Positions 48,145 to 56,870 of a DNA stretch of 64,000 nt are shown one piece after another. Origin of the DNA: Candidatus Doudnabacteria bacterium. Lineage in GTDB: Bacteria > Patescibacteriota > Doudnabacteria > UBA920 > O2-02-FULL-48-8. Made by a program: the position numbers and the translations under genes. The stretch is from NCBI GenBank assembly GCA_019659055.1, contig JAIFWV010000001.1, forward strand, positions 6,123 to 70,122. The letters are read 5' to 3'. The notes below the pieces were generated by a model. That model did not search any database and was not told where the DNA came from. It saw only the letters and a program-made list of their open reading frames with translations. The number at the start of each line of letters is the position of its first letter. Positions within the stretch are counted from its first letter, which is position 1.

Positions 48145-49269
48145 CTATCTTAACTGGGCATTGTATTGCTTGGCTGTTTCTTCGTAGAGTTTATTTTGGA
48201 GCGGGTCAACTTCTTCGGTCTTCAAAGTCCGCTCATTACTGCGATACACCACTCGGTACGTGTAGCTGACCTTATCCTTTCCAAATTTTTCCTCGTTTTC
48301 GTATTTGTCGAGAAGCTCGACTTCCTCCACGAGGTCGCCGCCAATATCGCGGATAAGATCAAAGTAATCATTCGGAGCGAAGTTATTATCGACGACAAAA
48401 GAAATGTCACGCGTTATGGGCGGAAATTTACTGACCTCGACAAACTTAGTCCCGAGTTTGAGTTGTTTGACCACTCGCGGGTCCGCAGACCACAAGAGCC
48501 GTATGTCTGGCAGCTGCATCGAAGCTATGGCCAGACGTTCCAAACCAAAGCCAAAAGCCCAGCCGTTGTAGCCAGTAAGTCCTAAGTTTTCTAATACAGA
48601 CTTCCTCACCAGACCCGAACCAAGCATTTCGATCCATTGGCCGTTGATCTCGGCTTCCATCTCAAAACTGGGATCTGTGTAGGGAAAAGTGTGATCGTAA
48701 AATCGGAAATTACTCCCGAAGACGTTGGTTGCGACATCAGACAGTACGTTCTTGAGGTCATCCGCGGTGATCACGCGCTTGTCATCGGGTGCTATAAGCC
48801 AGCCCCCAAACTGATGAAAGACGTTCATGTGCCGGCGGTCGATTTCGTCCTTGCGGTAAACTTTACCGTAGCAGATCGCCCCTAAAATTTCTTTGTTTGC
48901 AATCCGCTTTTTGATCTCCGGATCATTCAGGTAGTAATACCAAAAAACTGTATCGTGAGTTCTGAGGACATTTTCGTCATCCACGTAATATGTATCCGAT
49001 TTACTGCGGGCTGGATGCCCCGGCGGCATGTTAAACAAATCAAACAATATTTTCGTCGGCACGATTTCTGGGACTTTGATTTCATCAAAATCCGCAAGGC
49101 TTTTGACTTGCTTGGCTTTGTCCACGATTTCCTTGAGCGGACTGCCTGCGGTCCGCGACAAGTCGGGCAAATTTAAAAAACGCAGCATGCGCTTGCCGTC
49201 TGCATCAGTTCGAGATTCAAGTTCTTTGCGAAGCCTCGCTTCGTCCGGAGAGTTTATGACAATTTCCAT
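48145..49269 (-). CDS. pheS: phenylalanine--tRNA ligase alpha subunit fused to a C-terminal FDX-ACB (anticodon-binding) domain
   Basis: The class II core shows FNMPPGHPAR...THDT. The C-terminal roughly 100 aa (SKFPPITRDISFVVD...VSYTYRVVYRSNERTLKTEEV) resembles the FDX-ACB domain that is normally at the PheT C-terminus or in monomeric mitochondrial PheRS. Confidence 0.85.
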   Translation of the reverse strand: MEIVINSPDEARLRKELESRTDADGKRMLRFLNLPDLSRTAGSPLKEIVDKAKQVKSLADFDEIKVPEIVPTKILFDLFNMPPGHPARSKSDTYYVDDENVLRTHDTVFWYYYLNDPEIKKRIANKEILGAICYGKVYRKDEIDRRHMNVFHQFGGWLIAPDDKRVITADDLKNVLSDVATNVFGSNFRFYDHTFPYTDPSFEMEAEINGQWIEMLGSGLVRKSVLENLGLTGYNGWAFGFGLERLAIASMQLPDIRLLWSADPRVVKQLKLGTKFVEVSKFPPITRDISFVVDNNFAPNDYFDLIRDIGGDLVEEVELLDKYENEEKFGKDKVSYTYRVVYRSNERTLKTEEVDPLQNKLYEETAKQYNAQLR

Positions 49270-49276
49270 AGCCCGC

Positions 49277-49687
49277 CTATCTTACCAAATCCGCGGAAAA
49301 ATTACTACCGAGCGGCGCGGTGTCCTTGAGGATGAGAATCCCCTGGCTGTCATCGGTGAGTCCAAGCTCCTTGCCTGAACAAATCATGCCTTGCGACTCA
49401 ACGCCGCGGATCGTGGCGCGGCCTAAAGTGAATGGCTTGCCGGCCGGATCGTGTTGGTCATGCGGAATTATTGCCCCGGGCAAAGCTAGCGGAACAATTG
49501 CTCCCGCTTCAAAATTCCACGCACCGCAGACTATCGGCGCGTAAGTTTGCTTGCCATCGGTGAGTTCCACCACGCGCAGACGATCGGCATTGGGATGCTT
49601 CTCAACCTTCGTGACCTTAGCGACGATAATGTTCTCAAAACCTTGCTTTGAGCCGAATAATTTTTTTAGCTGGGAAAATAAGTTCAT
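49277..49687 (-). CDS. stand-alone tRNA-binding domain protein (Myf/Trbp111/CsaA-like; PheT N-terminal-domain-like)
   Basis: KVEKHPNADRLRVVELTDG...VCGAWNFEAGAIVPLALPGA...IRGVESQGMICS is the tRNA_bind OB-fold signature. Confidence 0.75.
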   Translation of the reverse strand: MNLFSQLKKLFGSKQGFENIIVAKVTKVEKHPNADRLRVVELTDGKQTYAPIVCGAWNFEAGAIVPLALPGAIIPHDQHDPAGKPFTLGRATIRGVESQGMICSGKELGLTDDSQGILILKDTAPLGSNFSADLVR

Positions 49688-49693
49688 TGAATT

Positions 49694-50434
49694 CTAGACT
49701 TTTACTAATTTAAAAAAAATAAACCGAGGCAGCCTCGTAGTGTATTCAAGCTTTGGATATTGCGCCAAAAATTCTCCAGGCAATTCGTTTGGCTCAGTTA
49801 TTTCTTCTAACTTAAAATATTTTAGGAATAGCCTTGTGTACTCCTGGATTGTTCGATGATAAAACGGCCATGGTTTGGAACCTTGAGCGTCTTTTCGTTT
49901 TGATGTTTTTTGGTAATAGTCGAATGCCAAGCCGCTCACTGGCTTTCTGAAAATCTTGGCCCAAAAAGATTTGTACAGTTTCATTGTTGGGGTATTAAAT
50001 GCTGGATGAAACACTGCGACAATAAGCTTCCCGCCTGGTTTAAGAATCCGAGCGCTTTCCGAAAGAAAAGTCTCAATATTTGAAAGCGACATGAGAACAC
50101 AGCTTGAAACTACTGCATCGAACTCAGAGTCCGGAAATTCCAATCTTTCCAACAAATCAGCCATTCGAAAATCTATTTCGGGATATGTCTGCTTGGCATA
50201 GTCGAGCATTCTATGCGAACCATCAATGCCAACCATAGTCGCTCCATTGTTTTTGAGAAAAGCTGAAACAAATCCCCCGCCGCAGCCTGCATCGAGTATT
50301 TTCTTGCCTGAGACGTTGCCCAAGATCCTAGATAACTCAGGGAGTATAAGGGCTGAAGCTATCCGCCTCTTTGGCAAAATTTTTTCTACCCAGTTTTCTG
50401 CCTCCTCATCCCAACGTTTCAGATCTTCGTTCAT
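49694..50434 (-). CDS. class I SAM-dependent methyltransferase
   Basis: ILDAGCGGGFVSAFL is motif I. Confidence 0.8.
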   Translation of the reverse strand: MNEDLKRWDEEAENWVEKILPKRRIASALILPELSRILGNVSGKKILDAGCGGGFVSAFLKNNGATMVGIDGSHRMLDYAKQTYPEIDFRMADLLERLEFPDSEFDAVVSSCVLMSLSNIETFLSESARILKPGGKLIVAVFHPAFNTPTMKLYKSFWAKIFRKPVSGLAFDYYQKTSKRKDAQGSKPWPFYHRTIQEYTRLFLKYFKLEEITEPNELPGEFLAQYPKLEYTTRLPRFIFFKLVKV

Positions 50435-50448
50435 GTAATTAAGTAATG

Positions 50449-51480
50449 TTACTGAGTTTTGCGGGCAATAACCTTAATTGGTATTACCTTAGAGACACTT
50501 TGCGTCCCCGAGGTAACTTTCATTGTTACTGAGTAATCGAGACCAATATATTTATTTGAATCTATTTGTCCAAAAAATGTTGCCAAACCTCTACAAGGTT
50601 CTGATTTATTAGCTGGGCAAAAATTAGGATCCACTTGAACTGTTATCCCAGGAGGCAATTTTTTGTTGACTACTTCCCATTTATAAGACATTAATCCACC
50701 GCCCCCGCTAGCTTCAAAATCCATAGAATAAGACAGACCAACCTCGAATTCCAACAGTTGAGTAGTTATTGCTAGCGGGCTAGTTGCAGAACTAGATGCT
50801 CCTGCTGGCTGTACTGGTGTACCATTCGTATTGAGACCCAAGGTCGTGGTGGTCGGGACATGCAGTTGGTACTGTACAATCTTGGCCTGGATGGTCGCGA
50901 GTCTAGTCTCGGTGAATTTATCACCGGGAGTGAGCGGGTCGTAACCGTTCTTTATGGAAATGCCGTCGTTGAAATCCTTTTCTTTCGCGAAAGATCGGTT
51001 ATCAGTAAATTTATTGATCGGGTTGGTGCCGTAGATATTTACCTCGTCGCCGTCAGCCAAACCGTCCAAATCGGTATCTTGATCTGTGGGGTTTGTTCCG
51101 GCCACAAATTCCTGATAATTGCTAATGCCGTCATTATCGACATCGGCATTGTCGCCGCAGGTAGCGTCATCGTCGCAAACATCCTTCGCAAAATACTTTT
51201 GCATGAAAGCCGGAGTGAGTTTGGAATTGGTGGGCTCGGTGATATCGGGTGCGGCGGCTTTTTTACTAAAGCCCAAAAAATAATAAGCCAAACCACCCAA
51301 TACGAGCAGGACGACTATGGAAACGATTATGTACACGGCTTTCCCGCCGCCCCCGCCGCTTGGAGACGATCCTAAGACTGGCGGCGGTGTTGGGGCAGTG
51401 TTTGCCGGCCGGTTGCCGCCGGGCATGACCTGGTAAGAAATATCAGGCTGGCTCGGTGGCGGTGTGTTTGTTTCATTCAT
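50449..51480 (-). CDS. membrane-anchored surface protein with thrombospondin-type-3-like Ca-binding Asp repeats and a C-terminal Ig-like domain
   Basis: It has a Pro-rich N-terminus and a TM. DVDNDGISNYQEF and DQDTDLDGLADGDEV are DxDxDG repeats. Confidence 0.6.
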   Translation of the reverse strand: MNETNTPPPSQPDISYQVMPGGNRPANTAPTPPPVLGSSPSGGGGGKAVYIIVSIVVLLVLGGLAYYFLGFSKKAAAPDITEPTNSKLTPAFMQKYFAKDVCDDDATCGDNADVDNDGISNYQEFVAGTNPTDQDTDLDGLADGDEVNIYGTNPINKFTDNRSFAKEKDFNDGISIKNGYDPLTPGDKFTETRLATIQAKIVQYQLHVPTTTTLGLNTNGTPVQPAGASSSATSPLAITTQLLEFEVGLSYSMDFEASGGGGLMSYKWEVVNKKLPPGITVQVDPNFCPANKSEPCRGLATFFGQIDSNKYIGLDYSVTMKVTSGTQSVSKVIPIKVIARKTQ

Positions 51481-51505
51481 AAATTTTGTTGATTAATTAA
51501 TATAT

Positions 51506-51874
51506 TTATTTAAATAGAAAATAAGACTCTAAAAACACGAGACAAACGCCCAAAAATATCGCGCTTAGCCAATTAAACAACCCGTAGGATAGCAGGATCA
51601 ACGAGATAAGCACCATGAGCGAGAACCAAAGGGCTTGCCTGGCTGAGATCCAGACGTGTCTCCAGGCAAATTCTTTGACCCCGAACACTTGCCGCATGTA
51701 ATACCCAATCAGGTAAGTGAGGGTGCCAATCAGGACCAAGATATCTAAATAAAAAGTCAGGAGGTGCACAGTCTGGCCGGGGTCCAGTTTGGTGATTATG
51801 AGGCCTAGCCCAATGCTAGACAGCAGCAACAGACAGACTGCCGAGAGATTTACAAATGTTATTGATTTCAGCAA
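51506..51874 (-). CDS. hypothetical polytopic membrane protein (122 aa)
   Basis: There are four hydrophobic segments. Confidence 0.5.
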   Translation of the reverse strand: MLKSITFVNLSAVCLLLLSSIGLGLIITKLDPGQTVHLLTFYLDILVLIGTLTYLIGYYMRQVFGVKEFAWRHVWISARQALWFSLMVLISLILLSYGLFNWLSAIFLGVCLVFLESYFLFK

Positions 51875-51947
51875 GTTTGTTTTTGTGCTTTCAGTTAATT
51901 ATACCATGAATTGCTTAAAAAACTAAAAAACTTCCGCATCAGCCTTG

Positions 51948-54887
51948 TTATTCCAAATGGCGGAATTTGCAATCGTGCCCAAGGCGCAGGTCCGCTTCGC
52001 GAAAACTATTGTTCTGAATAACCAGGACGATTTCTTCGATAGTCGCAAGAAGCTTGGCTTTCAATTTTTCGATTTCTTCCGGTTCGCCTATAAACGGCAG
52101 AGCTGAGTCGAGGTCTTCCAAATACCAATATGTGAGTTGATTGACCTTCTCCCGCATAGACTCCTGAGCCGCCCATTGGTAGATCAACAATTGGTCGCGA
52201 TCTACCTGCTCCAATTTGGTCCGCGGTTTACCGGTTTTATAGTCGATGATATCGAGGGATTGGTCCGGATTGAGGTCGGCGCGGTCGATGCGCCCTTTGA
52301 ATCGATATTTACCTAAATTCATCCGAAACGGCTGTTCTAAGTATTTCGGAATTTTGGGATTGGCTATGGTTTTGTTATAGATGTTTGTAAGGTAAACCAA
52401 GCCGTCGTGGTGATATTTTTCTTTTTGTTCTTTTTTCTCGTACCAGTCGTCAACCCATGACTCTTCATAGAATTTTACAAGGAGCTCTTTTGGTGGGACC
52501 AGAATATTGTCGTTCCTAATGCCAAAAAGATCAATCTGCTTGGCCGAATTCATCTGCTGCATTCGGCTAAAAAATTTCTTGAACGCATTATGCACTGTGA
52601 TTCCAAAAGACAAAGCTGGGGCCCCAGGCATGGGGAGTTTGTAAATATATTTGTACTTATATTCAAGCGGGCATTTTTTGAAGGTCGAAATTTGCGAAAA
52701 ATCAAAAGTCTCAGGAATGGAGAATTTATGCTTAGGCAAATTTAAGTTGAGCGCCTGCTGGTTGGCAAAGAAAACTTCACCCGAGGGTTTGGTTTGTTCC
52801 CGCGGTTTCTCTAAACCCGTATCGAGCAAAAACATCGACGGCTTCTTAAGAGTCGTCCCGCCGTAATCGTCGGCCCAGGTAAAGTATAGAAACCGTTTGG
52901 CGCGAGTCGCCGCGACGTAGAACAGTCTCCGCTCTTCCATGAGATGCGCGTCCCCTTCTGGTAAAATTTCCTCAATAAGATTGTCCGGGAGTTCGATCTG
53001 CTCTTTGCGGTCGCGCGAAGGAAATCGGGCATCGACCATGTTCACCAAAAACACGCAGGCAAATTCCAAACCTTTGGCGGCGTGGATGGTCATAACCCTT
53101 ATGGCCTCAGGTCCGGTGTCCGGGCTCGAAATGAGAGTGCCTGTATCCCCGGCTTCCTGCTCGAGCGTAATCTCTTGCAAGAAATTTTTGAGAGTTTTTT
53201 CCTTATTGCCCTCGGAAAAATCCTGGACCTTGCGGTAAAATTGCTCAAGCAAAGACCGATTTTCCACGTTCTCGAGCGAATCAGTCGAGAGCTGTTCGGC
53301 AATCCCGAGATCCCTTACAACCCGGACGAAAAGCTCGGTCATTGGCAATTCGGCCGAGAGTTTGCAATGTTTATCCATTTGCAAGAGGAGATTGGCAATT
53401 TTGGCTTCGGACTCAGTCGAAACTTTGGCGTACAAACTCAAATTTTTAAGAATTTCATAAATCGACAGCACTCTCCGTGCAGCAGTATGCGAAATCAAGA
53501 TCAAATCATTGTGATCAATCCGAAATTTAGGAAAATTTAGAATCCGAAAGAGAAAATCATTGTGATGAAAATCATCGAGCAGGCGAAGGTAAGAAATAAT
53601 GTCGATGATCAACGGCTTGCGATAAAGTCCGCGACTTGCGACAAAGATATAGGGCAAATTACGGCGCGAAAGCTCGCTTAAGAATGCCTCGGCATGATCA
53701 TTGGCACGCGCTAGGATCGCAAAGTCATTGAACGACAGGCCCTCTTGCTCCTGAAGCCAAACTATTTTGTCGACCACAGCCTTGGCTTCTTCGTAAACAT
53801 TTTTCACATGCAGGACTTCAATTGCCCCCGCCTCAGCGGCGTGGCCTGTGAGTTTTTTGGAAATCTTAAGCTTAGCCTCAAGGCGTTCGGGGTTGTTGCG
53901 CTGGATAAAGTCGTAAGCCAGATCCAAAATCGGCTGAGTGGATCGGTAGTTATCCGTCAGGGTTACCTCAGCGGCTTTGGGATAGTCTTCTTTGAATTTG
54001 AGGATATTGGAAATCGAGGCACCCCGAAATTTATATATCGATTGGTCGTCATCTCCGACGACTGTGATATTGTCGTGAGGTGCGGCCAGAAGCTTGACCA
54101 TCTCGTACTGGGCCAGGTCGGTATCCTGGAACTCATCGACTAAAATGTACTTAAATTTATTCTGATAAAACTTCAGAATCTTGGGTCTGGTGGCAAAGAG
54201 TTTAAGTGTGTAATTTATCAGATCACGAAAATCTAAATATGAATTATCGAGCAGGTATTTCTGATATTTATGATACGCATTCGCGACTTCCTGGACGCGC
54301 GAAATTTCGGCCGGATCCGCCGCTCCTTTTATATCTGGATTATCCAAATTCAATTGCAGACTTTGTGCGAATTCTAAATATCGCTCCGGGGTAATTCCCT
54401 CCCGCTTGGCCATTTCGAAATGCCTCAGTAAGGCATGGATAAATTTGGCGGGATTACCTTTGGGTTTGTAGTAATCCAAATCAAAATCATAAATGTGGTT
54501 GCGCAACAGAATCCAGGCCTTGGTATCGTCGAGGATCTGGAAATCGCCGGGCAGGCCGATATCGAGTGCATGCTGTCTGAGAATTTTTTCGGCAAACGCA
54601 TCGAAAGTCGAAATTGTGATCTCCCCATAACCCAAAGGTAAAATCCGGTCGACCCGCTCTTCCATTTCGCCTGTAGCTTTGACAGTAAAGGTTAGCGCCA
54701 AAATTTCATCCGGTTTAGCCAACCCTTGCTCCAAAAGATAAGCAATCCGTCTGGTGAGCACCGTAGTTTTACCGGTACCAGCACCAGCGATTATCAAAAG
54801 CGGCCCGCCTTTGTGAATGACGGCTTTTTCCTGGGGTTTATTCAACCCTTCTAATACTTTGGATTTTTCGACGGTTTTGCCTTTCAT
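51948..54887 (-). CDS. UvrD/PcrA-type superfamily 1 helicase fused to a C-terminal PD-(D/E)XK (RecB-family) nuclease domain (AddA-like)
   Basis: Walker A is AGAGTGKTT. The C-terminal nuclease shows DIIDYKTGK and LLIYQW (QxxxY). The preferred start is MKGKT at 54887, with TATAAT only 6 nt upstream (54895-54900), so the mRNA may be leaderless. The track ORF extends to 54947 across a terminator hairpin. Confidence 0.8.
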   Translation of the reverse strand: MKGKTVEKSKVLEGLNKPQEKAVIHKGGPLLIIAGAGTGKTTVLTRRIAYLLEQGLAKPDEILALTFTVKATGEMEERVDRILPLGYGEITISTFDAFAEKILRQHALDIGLPGDFQILDDTKAWILLRNHIYDFDLDYYKPKGNPAKFIHALLRHFEMAKREGITPERYLEFAQSLQLNLDNPDIKGAADPAEISRVQEVANAYHKYQKYLLDNSYLDFRDLINYTLKLFATRPKILKFYQNKFKYILVDEFQDTDLAQYEMVKLLAAPHDNITVVGDDDQSIYKFRGASISNILKFKEDYPKAAEVTLTDNYRSTQPILDLAYDFIQRNNPERLEAKLKISKKLTGHAAEAGAIEVLHVKNVYEEAKAVVDKIVWLQEQEGLSFNDFAILARANDHAEAFLSELSRRNLPYIFVASRGLYRKPLIIDIISYLRLLDDFHHNDFLFRILNFPKFRIDHNDLILISHTAARRVLSIYEILKNLSLYAKVSTESEAKIANLLLQMDKHCKLSAELPMTELFVRVVRDLGIAEQLSTDSLENVENRSLLEQFYRKVQDFSEGNKEKTLKNFLQEITLEQEAGDTGTLISSPDTGPEAIRVMTIHAAKGLEFACVFLVNMVDARFPSRDRKEQIELPDNLIEEILPEGDAHLMEERRLFYVAATRAKRFLYFTWADDYGGTTLKKPSMFLLDTGLEKPREQTKPSGEVFFANQQALNLNLPKHKFSIPETFDFSQISTFKKCPLEYKYKYIYKLPMPGAPALSFGITVHNAFKKFFSRMQQMNSAKQIDLFGIRNDNILVPPKELLVKFYEESWVDDWYEKKEQKEKYHHDGLVYLTNIYNKTIANPKIPKYLEQPFRMNLGKYRFKGRIDRADLNPDQSLDIIDYKTGKPRTKLEQVDRDQLLIYQWAAQESMREKVNQLTYWYLEDLDSALPFIGEPEEIEKLKAKLLATIEEIVLVIQNNSFREADLRLGHDCKFRHLE

Positions 54888-54908
54888 CAATTCATTATAA
54901 CCCATAAC

Positions 54909-54936
54909 GAAAAAAGCCCAAGGTGTGCCCTTGGGC
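54909..54936 (-). terminator. rho-independent terminator (minus strand) just upstream of the helicase promoter
   Basis: On the minus strand the hairpin gcccaagggcacaccttgggc is followed by ttttttcg. Confidence 0.6.
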
Positions 54937-55208
54937 TCCGGCCTCATCTGGCTGGACCTATTGAAGCGGAGAGTTGGGTGGGACGTGAAGTCCGAGAGAT
55001 GAGAAAGCGAAACGTTCCTCCTTGCGTGTCTGCAGGAGTGAAGGCAGTCACCAGAACCTAAATTCCCCTGGCCGTAGCCACGAAACGATCAACCATCCGG
55101 CCGATCGTCGGTTCCTGCCCACACCTTGCAAGCATGTGTAAAGTTTAGCCGGAAATATTTTGCTTCGATACTGTATGGCAGTACAAAAAATTCAGCGATT
55201 GATTAGGC
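54937..55208 (-). ncRNA. candidate ncRNA segment 2 (about 270 nt) between two minus-strand terminators
   Basis: It is ORF-free and GC-elevated. It is bounded by the terminators at 55209-55243 and 54909-54936. Confidence 0.2.
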
Positions 55209-55243
55209 AAAAAGAAAAAGAGTCAGGCAAATTGCATGACTCT
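55209..55243 (-). terminator. rho-independent terminator (minus strand) inside the 0.9-kb ORF-free region
   Basis: On the minus strand the hairpin gagtcatgcaatttgcctgactc is followed by tttttctttttg. Confidence 0.55.
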
Positions 55244-55790
55244 CTATCGAACGTTGGAACCGAAAGTTCCGAAATAGATCCCCCTTTGGATCCGGTTGCT
55301 CCTGGAGAAGTCCAGGCACTTCACTGCGAGCGTTGATCGCGAAACCAGAGAACCTTGTGGGCTCAAAGTTGACGCAATCCGCATCACAGCAGAAATGCAT
55401 GGCCTTACTCCAGAAGAACCTTCTTAGGGACTGCTGCCTCACGACTTGCAGTCACAACTTGAGCAGTCTCCCGCTCAACTCTCGGAGTCCTTACCCCGAT
55501 ACCTTCCCTTTGACTCACGCAAGGAGAAGCTTGCGCTCCAAAGCTTGCGCTGTCAAAAGCCCAAAGATTGGGTCCGATTGCCCCAGACACCGCATTGCGC
55601 CGGTTGTACCGAACGCTTTGCAAATGCATGAGGGTCGAATACTCATTCTTTCCGGAATATGTCCCAGGCGACTTGACCTTTTGAGGGGCCCAATCAACCT
55701 AATTCATATGCCAGTCTTACTAGAGGTAAAACAAGCTTACACCTGAGCATTAGGACCGTCAACGAGGATAAGTGGATGAATTGTGGACAA
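55244..55790 (-). ncRNA. candidate large structured ncRNA segment 1 (about 550 nt) downstream of the purH terminator
   Basis: No credible ORF exists on either strand, and short junk ORFs overlap on both. GC is about 52%. Long-range complementary pairs are visible: GATTGGGTCC (55565-55574) with GGGCCCAATC (55685-55694), and TCCGAGAG (about 54998) with CTCTCGGA (about 55470). A putative promoter TTGACG, 17 nt spacer, TAAGCT lies near 55770 on the minus strand. Confidence 0.25.
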
Positions 55791-55793
55791 AAT

Positions 55794-55839
55794 AAAAAAA
55801 GCGGCTGGAATACTCGGGAAAGTACTCCAGACCGCTGTT
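55794..55839 (-). terminator. rho-independent terminator of the purH operon (minus strand)
   Basis: On the minus strand the hairpin agcggtctggagtactttcccgagtattccagccgct is followed by tttttttattttg. Confidence 0.65.
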
Positions 55840-55850
55840 GCGATATCTGA

Positions 55851-56870
55851 TCAATGACCGTAAAATCCCCGCCCCTCCTTGTCTGGCACCATGCACAGCA
55901 CGACTCCTCGCTCCTTCGCGAGCTCCTTCAGCGGCTTGTCGCCCGTGATGGAACCCGAGGAAGTGAAGATGGCCTTTACGCCCGCATCCATGAGAATCTT
56001 GGGCGCGTCTGGGTACGGAAAGAAACTATCTGAATACGCCACAGCACCATTGATGTCGTGGCCGGCGCGCTGGGCTTTGCGGACCGCAAGTTCAGCCGCC
56101 ATCACGCGGTCTTGCTGACCCACGCCGTTGCCAATGAGCATTTCATCCTTCACGAGTGTGATGGTGTTGCTGTTGCTCGTGCATCCAATCGCCCATGCCA
56201 GGACGAAATTCTCGATGATGGAATCATGGGGCTCACCATTGACCCATTCAAGCGTACCGAATTTGGGGACGTAGGTGTAGTTGGGTTGGGTGAGTCTGCC
56301 ACCGCGCACGTACCGAAACCGGCGCCGTTGGTCGAGCCAACCCTCCCTCTCGGTTAAAGCTTCATTGGCGAGGAAGCGGCATTTGTCTCCCTTGCGTTGG
56401 AGCAACCTTATAGAGTCTTGGTCAAATCCCGCCGCCGCAATCCCGTCCAAGAGACGACGTTTGCCTTCTGGCTGCTTATGCGTGAGCAAGAGCTCAGCAT
56501 GTTCTTCCCGGACGTAGAAATCCAGAATCACCAATCCGCCATGGATGGCCAGCAGATCGCCTTCGACCATGCGCTCGATGGATTCGGATGCAATGTAACT
56601 AACCGCGGCTCCGCACGGATTGCCATGTTTGACCGCAACACTGACGTAACCTCCGGAGAGATGATTCACATGTCTTCCTTCGTCGATGTGCGTCTTGGTC
56701 TGGAGCATCCGGTCGAGGTCGCAGAGGTTGTTATAGCTCGGATCTGTGCCGGCGACTAGTTGAAATCGCGCCAAGGACAACGGATCGTCACACTCCGGAT
56801 CAGGCTCAAACAGGGCCGGCGTCTGCGGTGCATTCTCACCATAAAGCAGATTTTTTATTTCTGCCATCAC
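55851..56870 (-). CDS. purH: AICAR transformylase domain of PurH, encoded as a separate ORF
   Basis: It starts NLLYGENAPQ (the LRYGENPHQ-type AICARFT N-terminal motif). GTSNSNTITLVKD and AVAYSDSFFPYPDA are present. It overlaps the upstream IMPCH-domain ORF by ATGA. Confidence 0.8.
   Translation of the reverse strand: MMAEIKNLLYGENAPQTPALFEPDPECDDPLSLARFQLVAGTDPSYNNLCDLDRMLQTKTHIDEGRHVNHLSGGYVSVAVKHGNPCGAAVSYIASESIERMVEGDLLAIHGGLVILDFYVREEHAELLLTHKQPEGKRRLLDGIAAAGFDQDSIRLLQRKGDKCRFLANEALTEREGWLDQRRRFRYVRGGRLTQPNYTYVPKFGTLEWVNGEPHDSIIENFVLAWAIGCTSNSNTITLVKDEMLIGNGVGQQDRVMAAELAVRKAQRAGHDINGAVAYSDSFFPYPDAPKILMDAGVKAIFTSSGSITGDKPLKELAKERGVVLCMVPDKEGRGFYGH

Noticed and set aside
54990-55010. GTGAAGTCCGAGAG resembles the RNase P RNA CR-I motif (GGAAAGUCCGGGCU), with a possible CR-IV-like AGAAAUGCAUGGCCUUA farther on.
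   Set aside because: The matches are partial. The spacing and orientation do not fit: the terminators indicate minus-strand transcription while the motif is on the plus strand. The region length is also inconsistent with RNase P RNA. I could not confirm the match without a covariance-model search.
55203-55746. Track ORFs 55203..55442, 55333..55746 and others, within the 0.9-kb intergenic region.
   Set aside because: These are overlapping ORFs on both strands with TTG starts and S/L/R-rich junk translations. Internal terminators cut across them. They are treated as non-coding.
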